Position numbers and translations under genes: made by a program
Shown here: one piece after another, positions 52,586 to 61,769 of the stretch
Layout: each line of letters opens with the position of its first letter
Position numbering within the stretch: the first letter of the stretch is position 1
Source of the DNA: an uncultured Planctomycetota bacterium
GTDB lineage: Bacteria; Planctomycetota; Planctomycetia; Gemmatales; Gemmataceae
Length of the DNA: 64,000 nucleotides
Assembly (NCBI GenBank): GCA_963849325.1
Contig: CAWKHF010000006.1
Location: 160,001-224,000, forward strand
Direction: 5' to 3'
The notes under the pieces: model-generated
The model's database searches: none
What the model was told of the DNA's origin: nothing
The model's input: only the letters and a program-made list of their open reading frames with translations

Positions 52586-52614
52586 TTGACTCCGCTTTCA
52601 TCTTTCCTCATACT
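52586..52614 (+). promoter_or_regulatory. Sigma70 promoter of Gly/Met gene 1
   Basis: TTGACT-17-CATACT. Confidence 0.7.
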
Positions 52615-52888
52615 TACCAATGGTGCCTCGCACCCCGCCCGCGCGTGGCCCCCACGCTACACCAAACCAGCCCCCCGGCGGCCCCCGGGCATCGCCCATC
52701 AGGCCCGTTGTCCAACCGAGAACACGCGGACTCCGCTCCGCTGTCAAGCCCTTGTCACTCCATCCGGCCGCTCCGCGGACGTCGCCAAGCTGCCGGTCGC
52801 TGTTTCGTTCCGCGCCTTGAGCGTTGCGAGCGCGGCCATCGAGGCGCCGCCGCTCGCCAACCCGGTTTCCTCCTTCTCCGAGGGTCGC

Positions 52889-53394
52889 ATGCATTCCACT
52901 CGTTCGTTGAAAGTCGCTTACGTCGTGGCACTGGGGTCTCTGGTCCTCCTGCTGTCGAAGCCCCGTCCCGTCGAGGCCCAGCGCGCGGGTCGCGCCCATG
53001 CTCCAAACCGTCGATCGCATGATGATGCCGTCCATGATGAACGCTGCGCATGATGCTCATGGGAGGCAGCATGGGCGGCATGATGGGCATGATGGGCGGC
53101 ATGATGGGCATGCGTGGCGGCATGATGGGCATGCGTGGCGGCATGATGGGCGGCATGATGGGCGGCATGATGGGCGGCATGATGGGCGGCATGGGCATGC
53201 GCGGCGGCATGATGGGCGGCATGGGCATGCGCGGCGGCATGATGGGCGGCATGGGCATGCGCGGCGGCATGATGGGCATGGGCGGCATGGGCGGCATGAT
53301 GGGTGGCATGATGATGGGCGGCATGGGCATGGGCGGCATGATGGGCTTCGCCGGCAAAGGCATGGGCGGCTTTAACGGTCGCAAAGCTCTCTAA
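52889..53394 (+). CDS. Secreted Gly/Met-rich protein, copy 1 (two apparent frameshifts near 52990 and 53045)
   Basis: MHSTRSLKVAYVVALGSLVLLLSKPRPVEA|QR...APMLQTV...(GGMM)n...GFAGKGMGGFNGRKAL. Confidence 0.8.
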
Positions 53395-53541
53395 AACGTC
53401 GCGCCATCCTTGAGGATTCTGCTCCTCAAGCCGCTTGCGACTCGGCGGTGCAGCGTCCCACGCGAAGCCGCAAGCGGTCTCCGGGGCGAGGGTGCGCCTC
53501 TCACACTTTCGTTAATAATTCTTAAGGTTGCTGTCTCCTTC

Positions 53542-53570
53542 TTGACAGTGCTTTCCCACTTTTTCATACT
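53542..53570 (+). promoter_or_regulatory. Sigma70 promoter of Gly/Met gene 2
   Basis: TTGACA-17-CATACT. Confidence 0.75.
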
Positions 53571-53656
53571 TGCATTGTAGCTTGACTCGTTAACCGCATC
53601 GAGCGGCGACAGGCTGTCGTCTCCATGCTCTCCTTCTTCCTCTTCCGAGGGTCGTC

Positions 53657-54169
53657 ATGTTCTCCTGTACCCGCCTGCTGAAAGTCGTCTACCTCGTGGC
53701 TCTGGGGGCCGTGGTGCTCCTGCTGTCCCAACCCAAGCCCGCGCACGCGCAGCGCTCCCGCGTCGCGCCGATGCAACAGCAGGTCAATCAGATGATGATG
53801 CCCTCCATGATGCAGGCGCGCATGATGCTCCAGATGGGCGGCATGGGCGGCATGGGGATGATGGGCATGGGCGGAATGATGAGCATGGGCGGCGGCATGA
53901 TGGGCATGCGGGGCGGCATGATGGGCATGAGCGGCGGCATGATGGGCATGATGGGTGGCATGATGGGCGGCATGGGCATGCGTGGCGGCATGATGGGCGG
54001 CATGTCCATGATGGGCGGCATGTCCATGGGTCGAGGCGGCATGATGGGCATGGGCGGCATGGGCGGCATGATGGGCGGCATGATGATGGGCGGCATGGGC
54101 ATGGGCGGCGGCATGATGGGCTTCGCCGGCAAGGGCATGGGCGGATTCAACGGCAAGAAGGCCCTCTGA
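53657..54169 (+). CDS. Secreted Gly/Met-rich protein, copy 2
   Basis: Intact 170-aa ORF; signal peptide ending PAHA|QRS; tail GFAGKGMGGFNGKKAL. Confidence 0.88.
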   Translation: MFSCTRLLKVVYLVALGAVVLLLSQPKPAHAQRSRVAPMQQQVNQMMMPSMMQARMMLQMGGMGGMGMMGMGGMMSMGGGMMGMRGGMMGMSGGMMGMMGGMMGGMGMRGGMMGGMSMMGGMSMGRGGMMGMGGMGGMMGGMMMGGMGMGGGMMGFAGKGMGGFNGKKAL

Positions 54170-54196
54170 GCGCTCGCCTCTTTTTCGCGAACTCCC

Positions 54197-54232
54197 AACC
54201 GCGCCGGCGTTCCTCCGCCGGCGCGGTTTTTC
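54197..54232 (+). terminator. Intrinsic terminator after Gly/Met gene 2
   Basis: aaccgcgccggcg-ttcctc-cgccggcgcggtt followed by a T run. Confidence 0.75.
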
Positions 54233-54300
54233 GTTTGGCTCTCTCTTCGCGTCGCCGGATGGCGCGTCTCCTGCTCGCCCCGTTTCGGCCCACCAAGTCC

Positions 54301-54329
54301 TTGACTAAACCTTTCCTTTTCTTCATACT
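54301..54329 (+). promoter_or_regulatory. Sigma70 promoter of Gly/Met gene 3
   Basis: TTGACT-17-CATACT. Confidence 0.75.
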
Positions 54330-54433
54330 GGAGCGAAGGCGTAAGCGCTTCCGCTGGCGCCACGGAGTGTACCTCGAGGATGCCTCCGTGCGGGAGGCGT
54401 CGAAGCTCCCTTCCTCGATTTGTGGAGAGCGCC

Positions 54434-54979
54434 ATGAGTGGCTCCATTCGTTGGTTTCAGGTTGCCTATGTGCTGGGTCTATCCGCCGTCGTCCTGTTGC
54501 TGTCGCAGCCTCGTCCGGCCACGGCGCAGCGATCCATGGTCGCGCCGATGCAACAGCAGGTCAATCAGATGATGATGCCCTCCTTCCAGCAAGCTCAGAT
54601 GATGCTCCAGATGGGCGGCATGGGTGGCATGGGCATGATGGGCATGGGCGGCATGATGAGCATGGGCGGCGGCATGATGGGCATGGGCATGGGCGGCATG
54701 TCCATGATGGGCGGCATGAGCATGGGCGGCGGCATGATGGGCATGCGCGGCGGCATGTCCATGATGGGCGGCATGGGCATGGGCGGCATGTCCATGATGG
54801 GCGGCATGATGATGGGCGGCATGGGCATGGGTGGCGGCATGATGGGCATGCGCGGCATGTCCATGATGGGCGGCATGTCCATGATGGGCATGAGCGGCAT
54901 GGGCATGGGCATGGGCGGCGGCATGATGGGCTTCGCCGGCAAGGGCATGGGCGGATTCAACGGCAAGAAAGCCCTCTGA
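54434..54979 (+). CDS. Secreted Gly/Met-rich protein, copy 3
   Basis: GGAGAG RBS; MSGSIRWFQVAYVLGLSAVVLLLSQPRPATA|QRS; same tail. Confidence 0.88.
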   Translation: MSGSIRWFQVAYVLGLSAVVLLLSQPRPATAQRSMVAPMQQQVNQMMMPSFQQAQMMLQMGGMGGMGMMGMGGMMSMGGGMMGMGMGGMSMMGGMSMGGGMMGMRGGMSMMGGMGMGGMSMMGGMMMGGMGMGGGMMGMRGMSMMGGMSMMGMSGMGMGMGGGMMGFAGKGMGGFNGKKAL

Positions 54980-55108
54980 ATTGTCCGCCATTTCCTCTCG
55001 TTCGCGCACGCGCCGGCCTCTTCGCCGGCGCGATCTCTTTTCCTCCTCGCCGGCTCGCCGTCGTTTTCGCCGCCGTCATAAATTTCCAGAATTACGCGAT
55101 CTTTCTTC

Positions 55109-55136
55109 TTGACGTATCCTTTCTTTTCGTTAAGAT
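55109..55136 (+). promoter_or_regulatory. Sigma70 promoter of Gly/Met gene 4
   Basis: TTGACG-16-TAAGAT. Confidence 0.65.
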
Positions 55137-55483
55137 TGGTGGAAAGGAGGGAACGGCCTGGCGAGCGTCGGGCCGAACATTCTCTCGGCACCTTGACGAA
55201 AGGACTCACCCCAACCATCATCCCGAAACCTCTTCGTTGTGGTTGCCTCTCGGGTTTCCCGACCCGGCCATCCTGGCCCTTCCGTGACAACTGCCTGTCA
55301 TCCCGCTGGCCGAAAGAAACAAGGCCACGGAAAGTTTGACCTGAAACGGTGTTGCTCCTCGACCACGCCCCGGGCGGATGGTGTTCCTCCGCGGCGCGGC
55401 CATCAACGCGGATGGCGTGCGACGTATCGCGCGGGTCGCCAATGCGTTTGACGTCGAAGGCCCTTTTCTTCCTGGAGATCTTC

Positions 55484-55984
55484 ATGCTTGACTCCGTTCG
55501 TTGTCTGCGTGTTAGCTACGTCCTGATGTTGGCGACGGCCGTCCTTGTGCTGTCGCGGCCGGGAGACTCTCGCGGCCAACGGTCGCAGATCGCGCCCATG
55601 CTGCAAACCGTCAATGGCCAGATGTCGCAGTCCATGTCGCAAACCCGCATGATGCTCATGGCAGGCGGCTCGTCCCTGTCGGCGGGCATGGGCGGCGGCG
55701 GCATGAGCGGCGGCATGGGCATGAGTGGCGGCATGAGCGGCGGCATGGGCATGAGCGGCGGCATGATGGGCGGCATGGGCATGAGCGGCGGCATGATGGG
55801 CATGAGCAGCATGGGCATGGGCGGCATGAGCGGCATGGGCATGGGCGGCATGGGCGGCATGATGGGCATGAGCAGCATGGGCCGAGGCGGCATGGGCATG
55901 GGCGGCGGCATGGGCATGGGCGGCGGCATGATGGGCTTCGCCGGCAAGGGCATGGGCGGTTTCAACGGCCGGAAAGCTCTCTGA
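55484..55984 (+). CDS. Secreted Gly/Met-rich protein, copy 4
   Basis: GGAG RBS; MLDSVRCLRVSYVLMLATAVLVLSRPGDSRG|QRS; same tail. Confidence 0.88.
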   Translation: MLDSVRCLRVSYVLMLATAVLVLSRPGDSRGQRSQIAPMLQTVNGQMSQSMSQTRMMLMAGGSSLSAGMGGGGMSGGMGMSGGMSGGMGMSGGMMGGMGMSGGMMGMSSMGMGGMSGMGMGGMGGMMGMSSMGRGGMGMGGGMGMGGGMMGFAGKGMGGFNGRKAL

Positions 55985-56119
55985 GCCGGCCCACGATTTC
56001 CGCTTTTTCCTCGGACGCGCCGGCCCTTGTTCGCCGGCGCGATCTCCTTTTCTTCCCCGCTCCCGTCCGGCGCCTTTCGCCGGTCGCCGTCCCTTTCCAG
56101 AATTACGCGATCTTTTTTC

Positions 56120-56147
56120 TTGACATGTCGTTCCCTTCCGGTAACAT
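56120..56147 (+). promoter_or_regulatory. Sigma70 promoter of Gly/Met gene 5
   Basis: TTGACA-16-TAACAT. Confidence 0.65.
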
Positions 56148-56437
56148 CAATGCAGACGAGGAACCGGCTTGGCGAGCGTCGCCGAGTCGTTCTCTCGGCA
56201 CCTTGACGAAAGAACGCAACGCGACTGTCATCCCGAGACCTCTCTGTTTGGTTTTCCGGCTGGTTTTCTCGATCTGGCTCCTCTCGCTCCTCCACGACAA
56301 CGACCTGTTTTCCCGCCGAGCGAAATAAGCAGGGCGAACCGCGCGGTCCCTCCCGGTTGGTGCCGCGCGGCGGATCGCGGCGGTCCCGGAATGCGTTCGA
56401 ACGTCGAAACGCCCTTCCTTCTCTTCATGGGGATTTC

Positions 56438-56916
56438 ATGCTTGGTTCCGTCCGTTGTCTGCGCCTTGGCTACACCCTGATGTTGGTGGCGACCGTCCTC
56501 CTGCTGTCGCGGCCGGGAACGTCCCGGGCCAGCGCTCCCGGATCGCGCCCATGCTCCAGCAGGTCACGCAGCAATTCTGGCAACCGCAAGTCATGCAAAC
56601 GCGCATGATGCTCATGAGGGGCGGCATGAGCGGCGGCATGAGCGGCGGCATGAGCGGCGGCATGATGGGCGGCATGATGGGCGGCGGCATGATGGGCCGC
56701 GGCGGCATGATGGGCGGCATGATGGGCGGCGGCATGATGGGCATGAGCAGCATGGGCCGCGGCGGCATGATGGGCGGCATGGGTCGCGGCGGCATGGGCA
56801 TGGGCGGCATGGGCGGCATGATGGGCGGCGGCATGGGTGGCGGCATGGGCATGGGCGGCATGATGGGCTTCGCCGGCAAGGGCATGGGCGGATTCAACGG
56901 CAAGAAAGCCCTCTGA
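56438..56916 (+). CDS. Secreted Gly/Met-rich protein, copy 5 (apparent frameshift near 56520)
   Basis: MLGSVRCLRLGYTLMLVATVLLLSRPG / GQRSRIAPMLQQV...GFAGKGMGGFNGKKAL. Confidence 0.82.
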
Positions 56917-56928
56917 GCCGCCCGCGTA

Positions 56929-56980
56929 GCCGCTGGCGGCTTAGCGTTCGCCGTTGCCCGCTAAGCCGCCAGCGGTTTTT
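56929..56980 (+). terminator. Hairpin / terminator after the Gly/Met array
   Basis: ccgctggcggcttagcg...cgctaagccgccagcgg followed by T5. Confidence 0.7.
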
Positions 56981-57058
56981 GGCCTCGCCTTGACACTCCG
57001 CGAGCGTTGTGCGACCTTCTTCGGCCGGCCTGTCGTCCGAGCCAAGGAGGGCCATGCC

Positions 57059-59618
57059 ATGGACGGTCGATCCGCTTCGGCGTCTGCCCCGCCTCCGTTT
57101 TCCGCACTCCTCTCCGCTGAATTTTCCTCTTCCTCTTTGCCGGCGCCGAAACGTCGTCGCTGGCATTTGTCGCTGGTCTTGCCGGCCTACAACGAGGAAG
57201 CCGGCATCCGTCAGGCCGTCGCCGAGGCGTGCGACGGCGCTGGCGGAGCTGACCGCCGACTACGAAATCCTGGTCGTGGACGACGGCAGCCGCGACGACA
57301 CCGCCGCCATCGTGGCCGAGATGGCGGCGACGCGGCCGCGCCTGCGGCTGCTGCGTCACGTGTCCAATCGCGGTTACGGCGCCGCCCTGCGTACCGGCTT
57401 CGCCGCGGCGCGCTTCGAGCGCGTGGCCTTCACCGACGCCGACTGTCAGTTTCACCTCGCCGACCTCGGCCGTCTGCTGTCGTTGTCCGAGCGTTTTCCG
57501 CTGGTGGTTGGCTGGCGGCAGGCGCGGCAGGATCCGTGGCGGCGCCGCTTTCTGTCGCGCGGCTACAACCTGCTGACACGGACCTTGCTGGGCACGCGCG
57601 TGCGCGACTGCGACTGCGCCCTGAAGGTGTTTCACCGCGACGTGCTCGCCGCACTGCTGCCGGAGACGAACACGTTTTTCGTCAACGCCGAGATGCTGGC
57701 CAAGGCACGTCAGCTGGGCCTGGACGTGGCCGAGGTCGGCGTGCGTCATCGGCCGCGCCTGCGCGGAGCGAGCAAGGTGTCGTTGGGCGAGGTGCCGCGT
57801 ACGCTGGCGACGCTGGTGCCGTTCTGGTGGTCGCGGGTGCTGTTCGCGGGGGATGAGCGATTTCTCCCCTCTCCCCCGCTTCGGGGGAGAGGGGTAGGGG
57901 GTGAGGGGGCAGCGTCTCCCCCTCACCCCCTACCCCTCTCCCCCGAAGCGGGGGAGAGGGGAGAAAGAAGACGGAGCGGACGCTCGCTGGCACTTCTCGT
58001 GCTCCTCGCCGCGACCCTGTTCTTTCTCCGTCTGCGCGCCCCGCTGCTGGAACCGCAGGAGCCGCGCTACGCCGAGATCCCCCGGCAGATGTTGCAAGAG
58101 GGACGTTTGCTGGTGCCGGTGCTGCACGGCCAGCCGTACCTCGACAAGCCGCCGCTGCTGTACTGGCTGGTGATGGGTAGTTACGGCCTGTTCGGCGTCC
58201 ACGACTGGTCGGCCCGCCTGGTGCCGGGCCTGGCCGGCGTCCTGACGGTGCTGCTGACCTACGGCTGGGGCCGCCGCGCCGTCGGCGAGCGCGCCGGATT
58301 GTGCGGGGCGCTGGTGCTGTGTCTGTCGGCCGGCTTCGTTTATCGCCAGCGCATGCTCAACATGGACAGCCTGCTGTGCCTGTGGGTGACGGCCGCCCTG
58401 GCGTCGGCCCACCGGGCGCTGACGACCGGGCCGCTCCTGCGGCGGCGCTGGGGGCTGACGGCGGCCGTCGCCTGCGGCCTGGGACTGCTGACCAAGGGTC
58501 CGGTGGCCCTCGTCCTGATCGGGACGCCGCTGCTGCTCTATCGGTGTCTGGAGCCGCGTTGCGCCCGCGTGTCCTTCCGCGCCGCGGCCCTGTTCGTGCT
58601 GCTGGCCGTGGCCGTGGCGGCGCCGTGGTACGTCGCCGTTATGGTGCGGGAGCCGGACTTCGCGTATTCCTTCTTCTGGCGACACCACGTCGAACGGTTC
58701 CTGACACCGTTCGACCACGAGAAGCCGGCCTGGTTTTACCTGCCCGGCCTGCTGGCCGGTATGCTGCCGTGGACGCTGCTGTTGCCGGGGTTTGTACGTT
58801 ATCTTGCCCGGCGTTCGCCGCGCGCCGCTCGGCGTCGTCCGGCCGCGCTCGGATTCTTTCTGCTGTCGGCCCTGTGGTGTGTGCTGTTCTTCTCGGCCTC
58901 CGGCTGTAAGCGACCCGCGTACATTCTGCCGGCGATGCCGCCGCTGGCGCTGGCGCTGGGCTGCTACCTGAACGTCCTGGTTCCGCATGGCCGCCGTCTG
59001 TCCGGCGCCGGCTTGCTGCTGTTGTGGCGCTGGCGCTCGGCGGCGGCGTCGGCGGGCGACGATGCTCGTGCTGGTGCTGGCCCTGGGGATCGTCGCCGCT
59101 GGCCGGCCGGCAAGCAGATGTCTGCGTCCTGGCTCTGGCCTTCGTGCTGGAGGTCGCTGGCCGCTTGCGGCTTGGCGCTAGGCTGTACGCGGCGCATCTC
59201 GTGGGGCGTCTGCGCCGCCGTCACCTTCGTCGTGCTCGGTCTGGGGGTCTACCACTTGCAGCCCGCCTACAATCGCCAGTTCGCGCTGCGCGGCCACCTG
59301 CGCGGCGACACCGACCTCGCCGACGGGACGCGCCTGCCGGTCGTTTGCTATCCGCAGCGCTGGGATTCGGTCAGCTTCTACCTGCCCCGCGCCGACGTGC
59401 GCGTGTACACGCTGGAGCAGCGGCGGCAGATGCTGGCGGACCTGCGCTCGCGGCCGCGGACGCTGTTGCTGGTGAAGTCCGGCAAGGTACTCGATGATCT
59501 GCTGCGCGAGTTGTCCGACTCGATCGAGTTCGTGGCGCACGGCCGGCCGGGAGTCGTCACCGCCGGCTGGGTGCGTCCACGCCGCGAACCGTCCGAGGCC
59601 GCCTACGCACGGCGCTGA
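57059..59618 (+). CDS. GT2 glycosyltransferase fused to ArnT/GT39-like membrane glycosyltransferase (apparent frameshifts)
   Basis: LSLVLPAYNEE, VVDDGSRD, NRGYG, TDADCQ; then EPRYAEIPRQM, YLDKPPLLYW, LTKGPV and KRPAYILP motifs. Confidence 0.88.
57861..57966. repeat. Perfect 49-bp inverted repeat (8-nt spacer) inside the glycosyltransferase ORF
   Basis: tttctcccctctcccccgcttcgggggagaggggtagggggtgaggggg and its exact reverse complement; read as LPSPPLRGRGVGGEG...PHPLPLSPEAGERGE. Confidence 0.92.
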
Positions 59619-59631
59619 CACCGCGTCGCCT

Positions 59632-59705
59632 TCCGAGCCTGAAGCGTAAGCGAAGAGACGACAACTTTTGCATGCCGATCCCTTCGCTTACGCTTCAGGC
59701 TCGGA
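59632..59705. repeat. REP-like palindrome (family A)
   Basis: tccgagcctgaagcgtaagcgaag...cttcgcttacgcttcaggctcgga. Confidence 0.9.
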
Positions 59706-59790
59706 CAAACCCTACTCGCCAAGTCGCAAGCGGCTTGCGATAATGGCCCTGCCCACGGACATCCCCTCATCCCCACCGGAGATCCGCACC

Positions 59791-60994
59791 ATGACTCTTC
59801 CGCACCGTCGCGCCGTCCTCGCCGGCGGACTGGCCGGCCTAGCTTGCTCCGCACTGTCCGGCGCCGAGCCGCGCGCCGCCAAGGACGCCCTCAAGATCAC
59901 CAAGCTGGAAACCTTCCTCGTCAAACCGCGCTGGCTGTTCCTCAAAATCCACACCAACGCCGGCATCACCGGCCTGGGCGAGCCCATCCTCGAAGGCCGC
60001 GCCCGCACCGTCGCCGAGGCCGTCAAGGAGATCGAGCCGTACCTGATCGGCAAGGATCCGCGCAGGTCGTCCACCACTGGCAGGCTATCTATCGCCACGC
60101 TTTCTATCGCGGCGGGCCCATCCTCACCAGCGCCCTGAGCGGCATCGACATCGCCCTGTGGGACATCAAGGGCAAGGCGCTGGGCGTGCCGGTCTACGAG
60201 TTGCTCGGCGGACCCACCCGGCAGCGCGTGCGCGTTTACGCCCATGCTCGCATCTCCCGAGAAGCTGAAGGAGCTGAAGGACAAGGGCTTCACCGCCTTC
60301 AAGACCGGCCCGGCCAAGCGACGGCCGGCGCGCTACGTCGAGACGCCGGCCGAGGTGCGCCACGTCGCCGAGCGCGTTCGCCGAGCTGCGCAAGGCCGGC
60401 GGCGACGACGTGGACATCGCCATCGACTTCCACGGAGCCATCAGTCCCGCCACGGCCAAGCTGCTCATCAAGGCGCTGGAGCCATATCAACCCATGTTCA
60501 TCGAGGAGCCGTGCCAGGCGCAGAACCACGACATCATGGCCGAGATCGCGCGCGGCACGCACCTGCCCATCGCCACCGGCGAGCGCGTCTTCACCAAATG
60601 GGGCTTCCGCGAAGTGCTGGAGAAGAAGGCGGCGACGATCTTGCAGCCGGACCTGTGCCACGCCGGCGGCATCACGGAATGTCGTCTCATCGCCGGCATG
60701 GCCGAGGCGTATTACGCCGCCATCGCGCCGCACTGTCCGCTCGGTCCCATCGCCCTGGCCGCCGGCGTGCAGCTGGCCGCGTCCATTCCCAACTTCGTCG
60801 CCCAGGAACAGGTCACGCTCGGCGACGGCTATCTCAAACGGCCGTTCGCGCTGCGCCAGGGCTATCTCGATCTGCCGACGGGACCGGGGCTGGGCATCGA
60901 GCTGGACGAGCACGCCCTGGCCGACAAGATCGATCACGATTGGAAGAACCGCGAGGAGTACGACGCCGACGATGGTTCCGTGGTCGATTGGTGA
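59791..60994 (+). CDS. dgoD: Galactonate dehydratase-like enolase-superfamily enzyme (apparent frameshifts)
   Basis: [58 protein letters not shown] and DDGSVVDW motifs. Confidence 0.85.
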
Positions 60995-61014
60995 TCCGCT
61001 GGGAGTGCCTGAGG

Positions 61015-61254
61015 TTATTCGCGTGGCCGATCTGCTGCCGCGACGGGAACCGACTGCCGATCCGCGTTTCTCGCGATGAGCCGCTGTGCCGCGGCCAGGA
61101 GCTGATCGTCCTCGACGTCCCAGATGGCCTCTGCTTCCGGACACCCGGCAGCAGTTGTCAAATTCGCTACCAACTGCCCCAACCGCCATTCCGGGAACAA
61201 CTGACGAAGACGGGCGACGGCTTGGAGCAGAGCATCGGAGGTCGTGTGACTCAT
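61015..61254 (-). CDS. Small hypothetical protein coupled to the ParB-like gene
   Basis: ATGA overlap with the upstream gene; [13 protein letters not shown]...[10 protein letters not shown]. Confidence 0.7.
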   Translation of the reverse strand: MSHTTSDALLQAVARLRQLFPEWRLGQLVANLTTAAGCPEAEAIWDVEDDQLLAAAQRLIARNADRQSVPVAAADRPRE

Positions 61255-61553
61255 GGCAACAAGTCTCCCACGGAGGGATACGAGCCAACGGGAATCGACA
61301 GATCATCGATCACTTCGACGCGAACCAATACCCCTGGCAGCAGTTTCGCCACGCGGGTCGCTCGAGTCACGCCGTCACTGATGACCAATTGTCCATCGCT
61401 CCCGCGGCTTACCAGGAGAGGAGGCATTCCGGCGATAGCGTTACCAAACCGGGCGATTTGCCGATGAAGTTTGACCGGATCGGCTCCGGATCGCCGCGTG
61501 CTGGGAAGCCGAAGGGTTTTCGGATCGACATCCAGAAATACCGTCCGATTCAC
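61251..61553 (-). CDS. Small ParB/Srx-like domain protein
   Basis: MPPLLVSRGSDGQLVISDGVTRA resembles the ParB/Srx (I/L)xDGxxR motif; GTG start inferred. Confidence 0.6.
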   Translation of the reverse strand: MNRTVFLDVDPKTLRLPSTRRSGADPVKLHRQIARFGNAIAGMPPLLVSRGSDGQLVISDGVTRATRVAKLLPGVLVRVEVIDDLSIPVGSYPSVGDLLP

Positions 61554-61769
61554 GACTTCACTGTAGCAGAAAGGGGAGGGATGCGGAAGCGCGGGCCGGG
61601 AGGAAGCCAGCCCCGCTGCCGGACACCCCTGCTCCCCAGCGTGTGGAAAACCGAGCGCGGCCCTTGCGTGGGTCGATGCCTTCGTGGACAATGAGGCGAC
61701 ACTTTCTCCCCCTTGTCTGGATCGAAGAAATCTGGGCGAAGGGACGGCGACCGTAATCAGGAGTGGCCC

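Noticed and set aside
52755-56903. His-rich (RHDG/HHAAH) and Pro/Met-rich ORFs overlapping the Gly/Met genes
   Set aside because: These are alternative-frame and antisense shadows of the ggc/atg repeats. Only the Gly/Met frame has a signal peptide, RBS, promoter and conserved tail.
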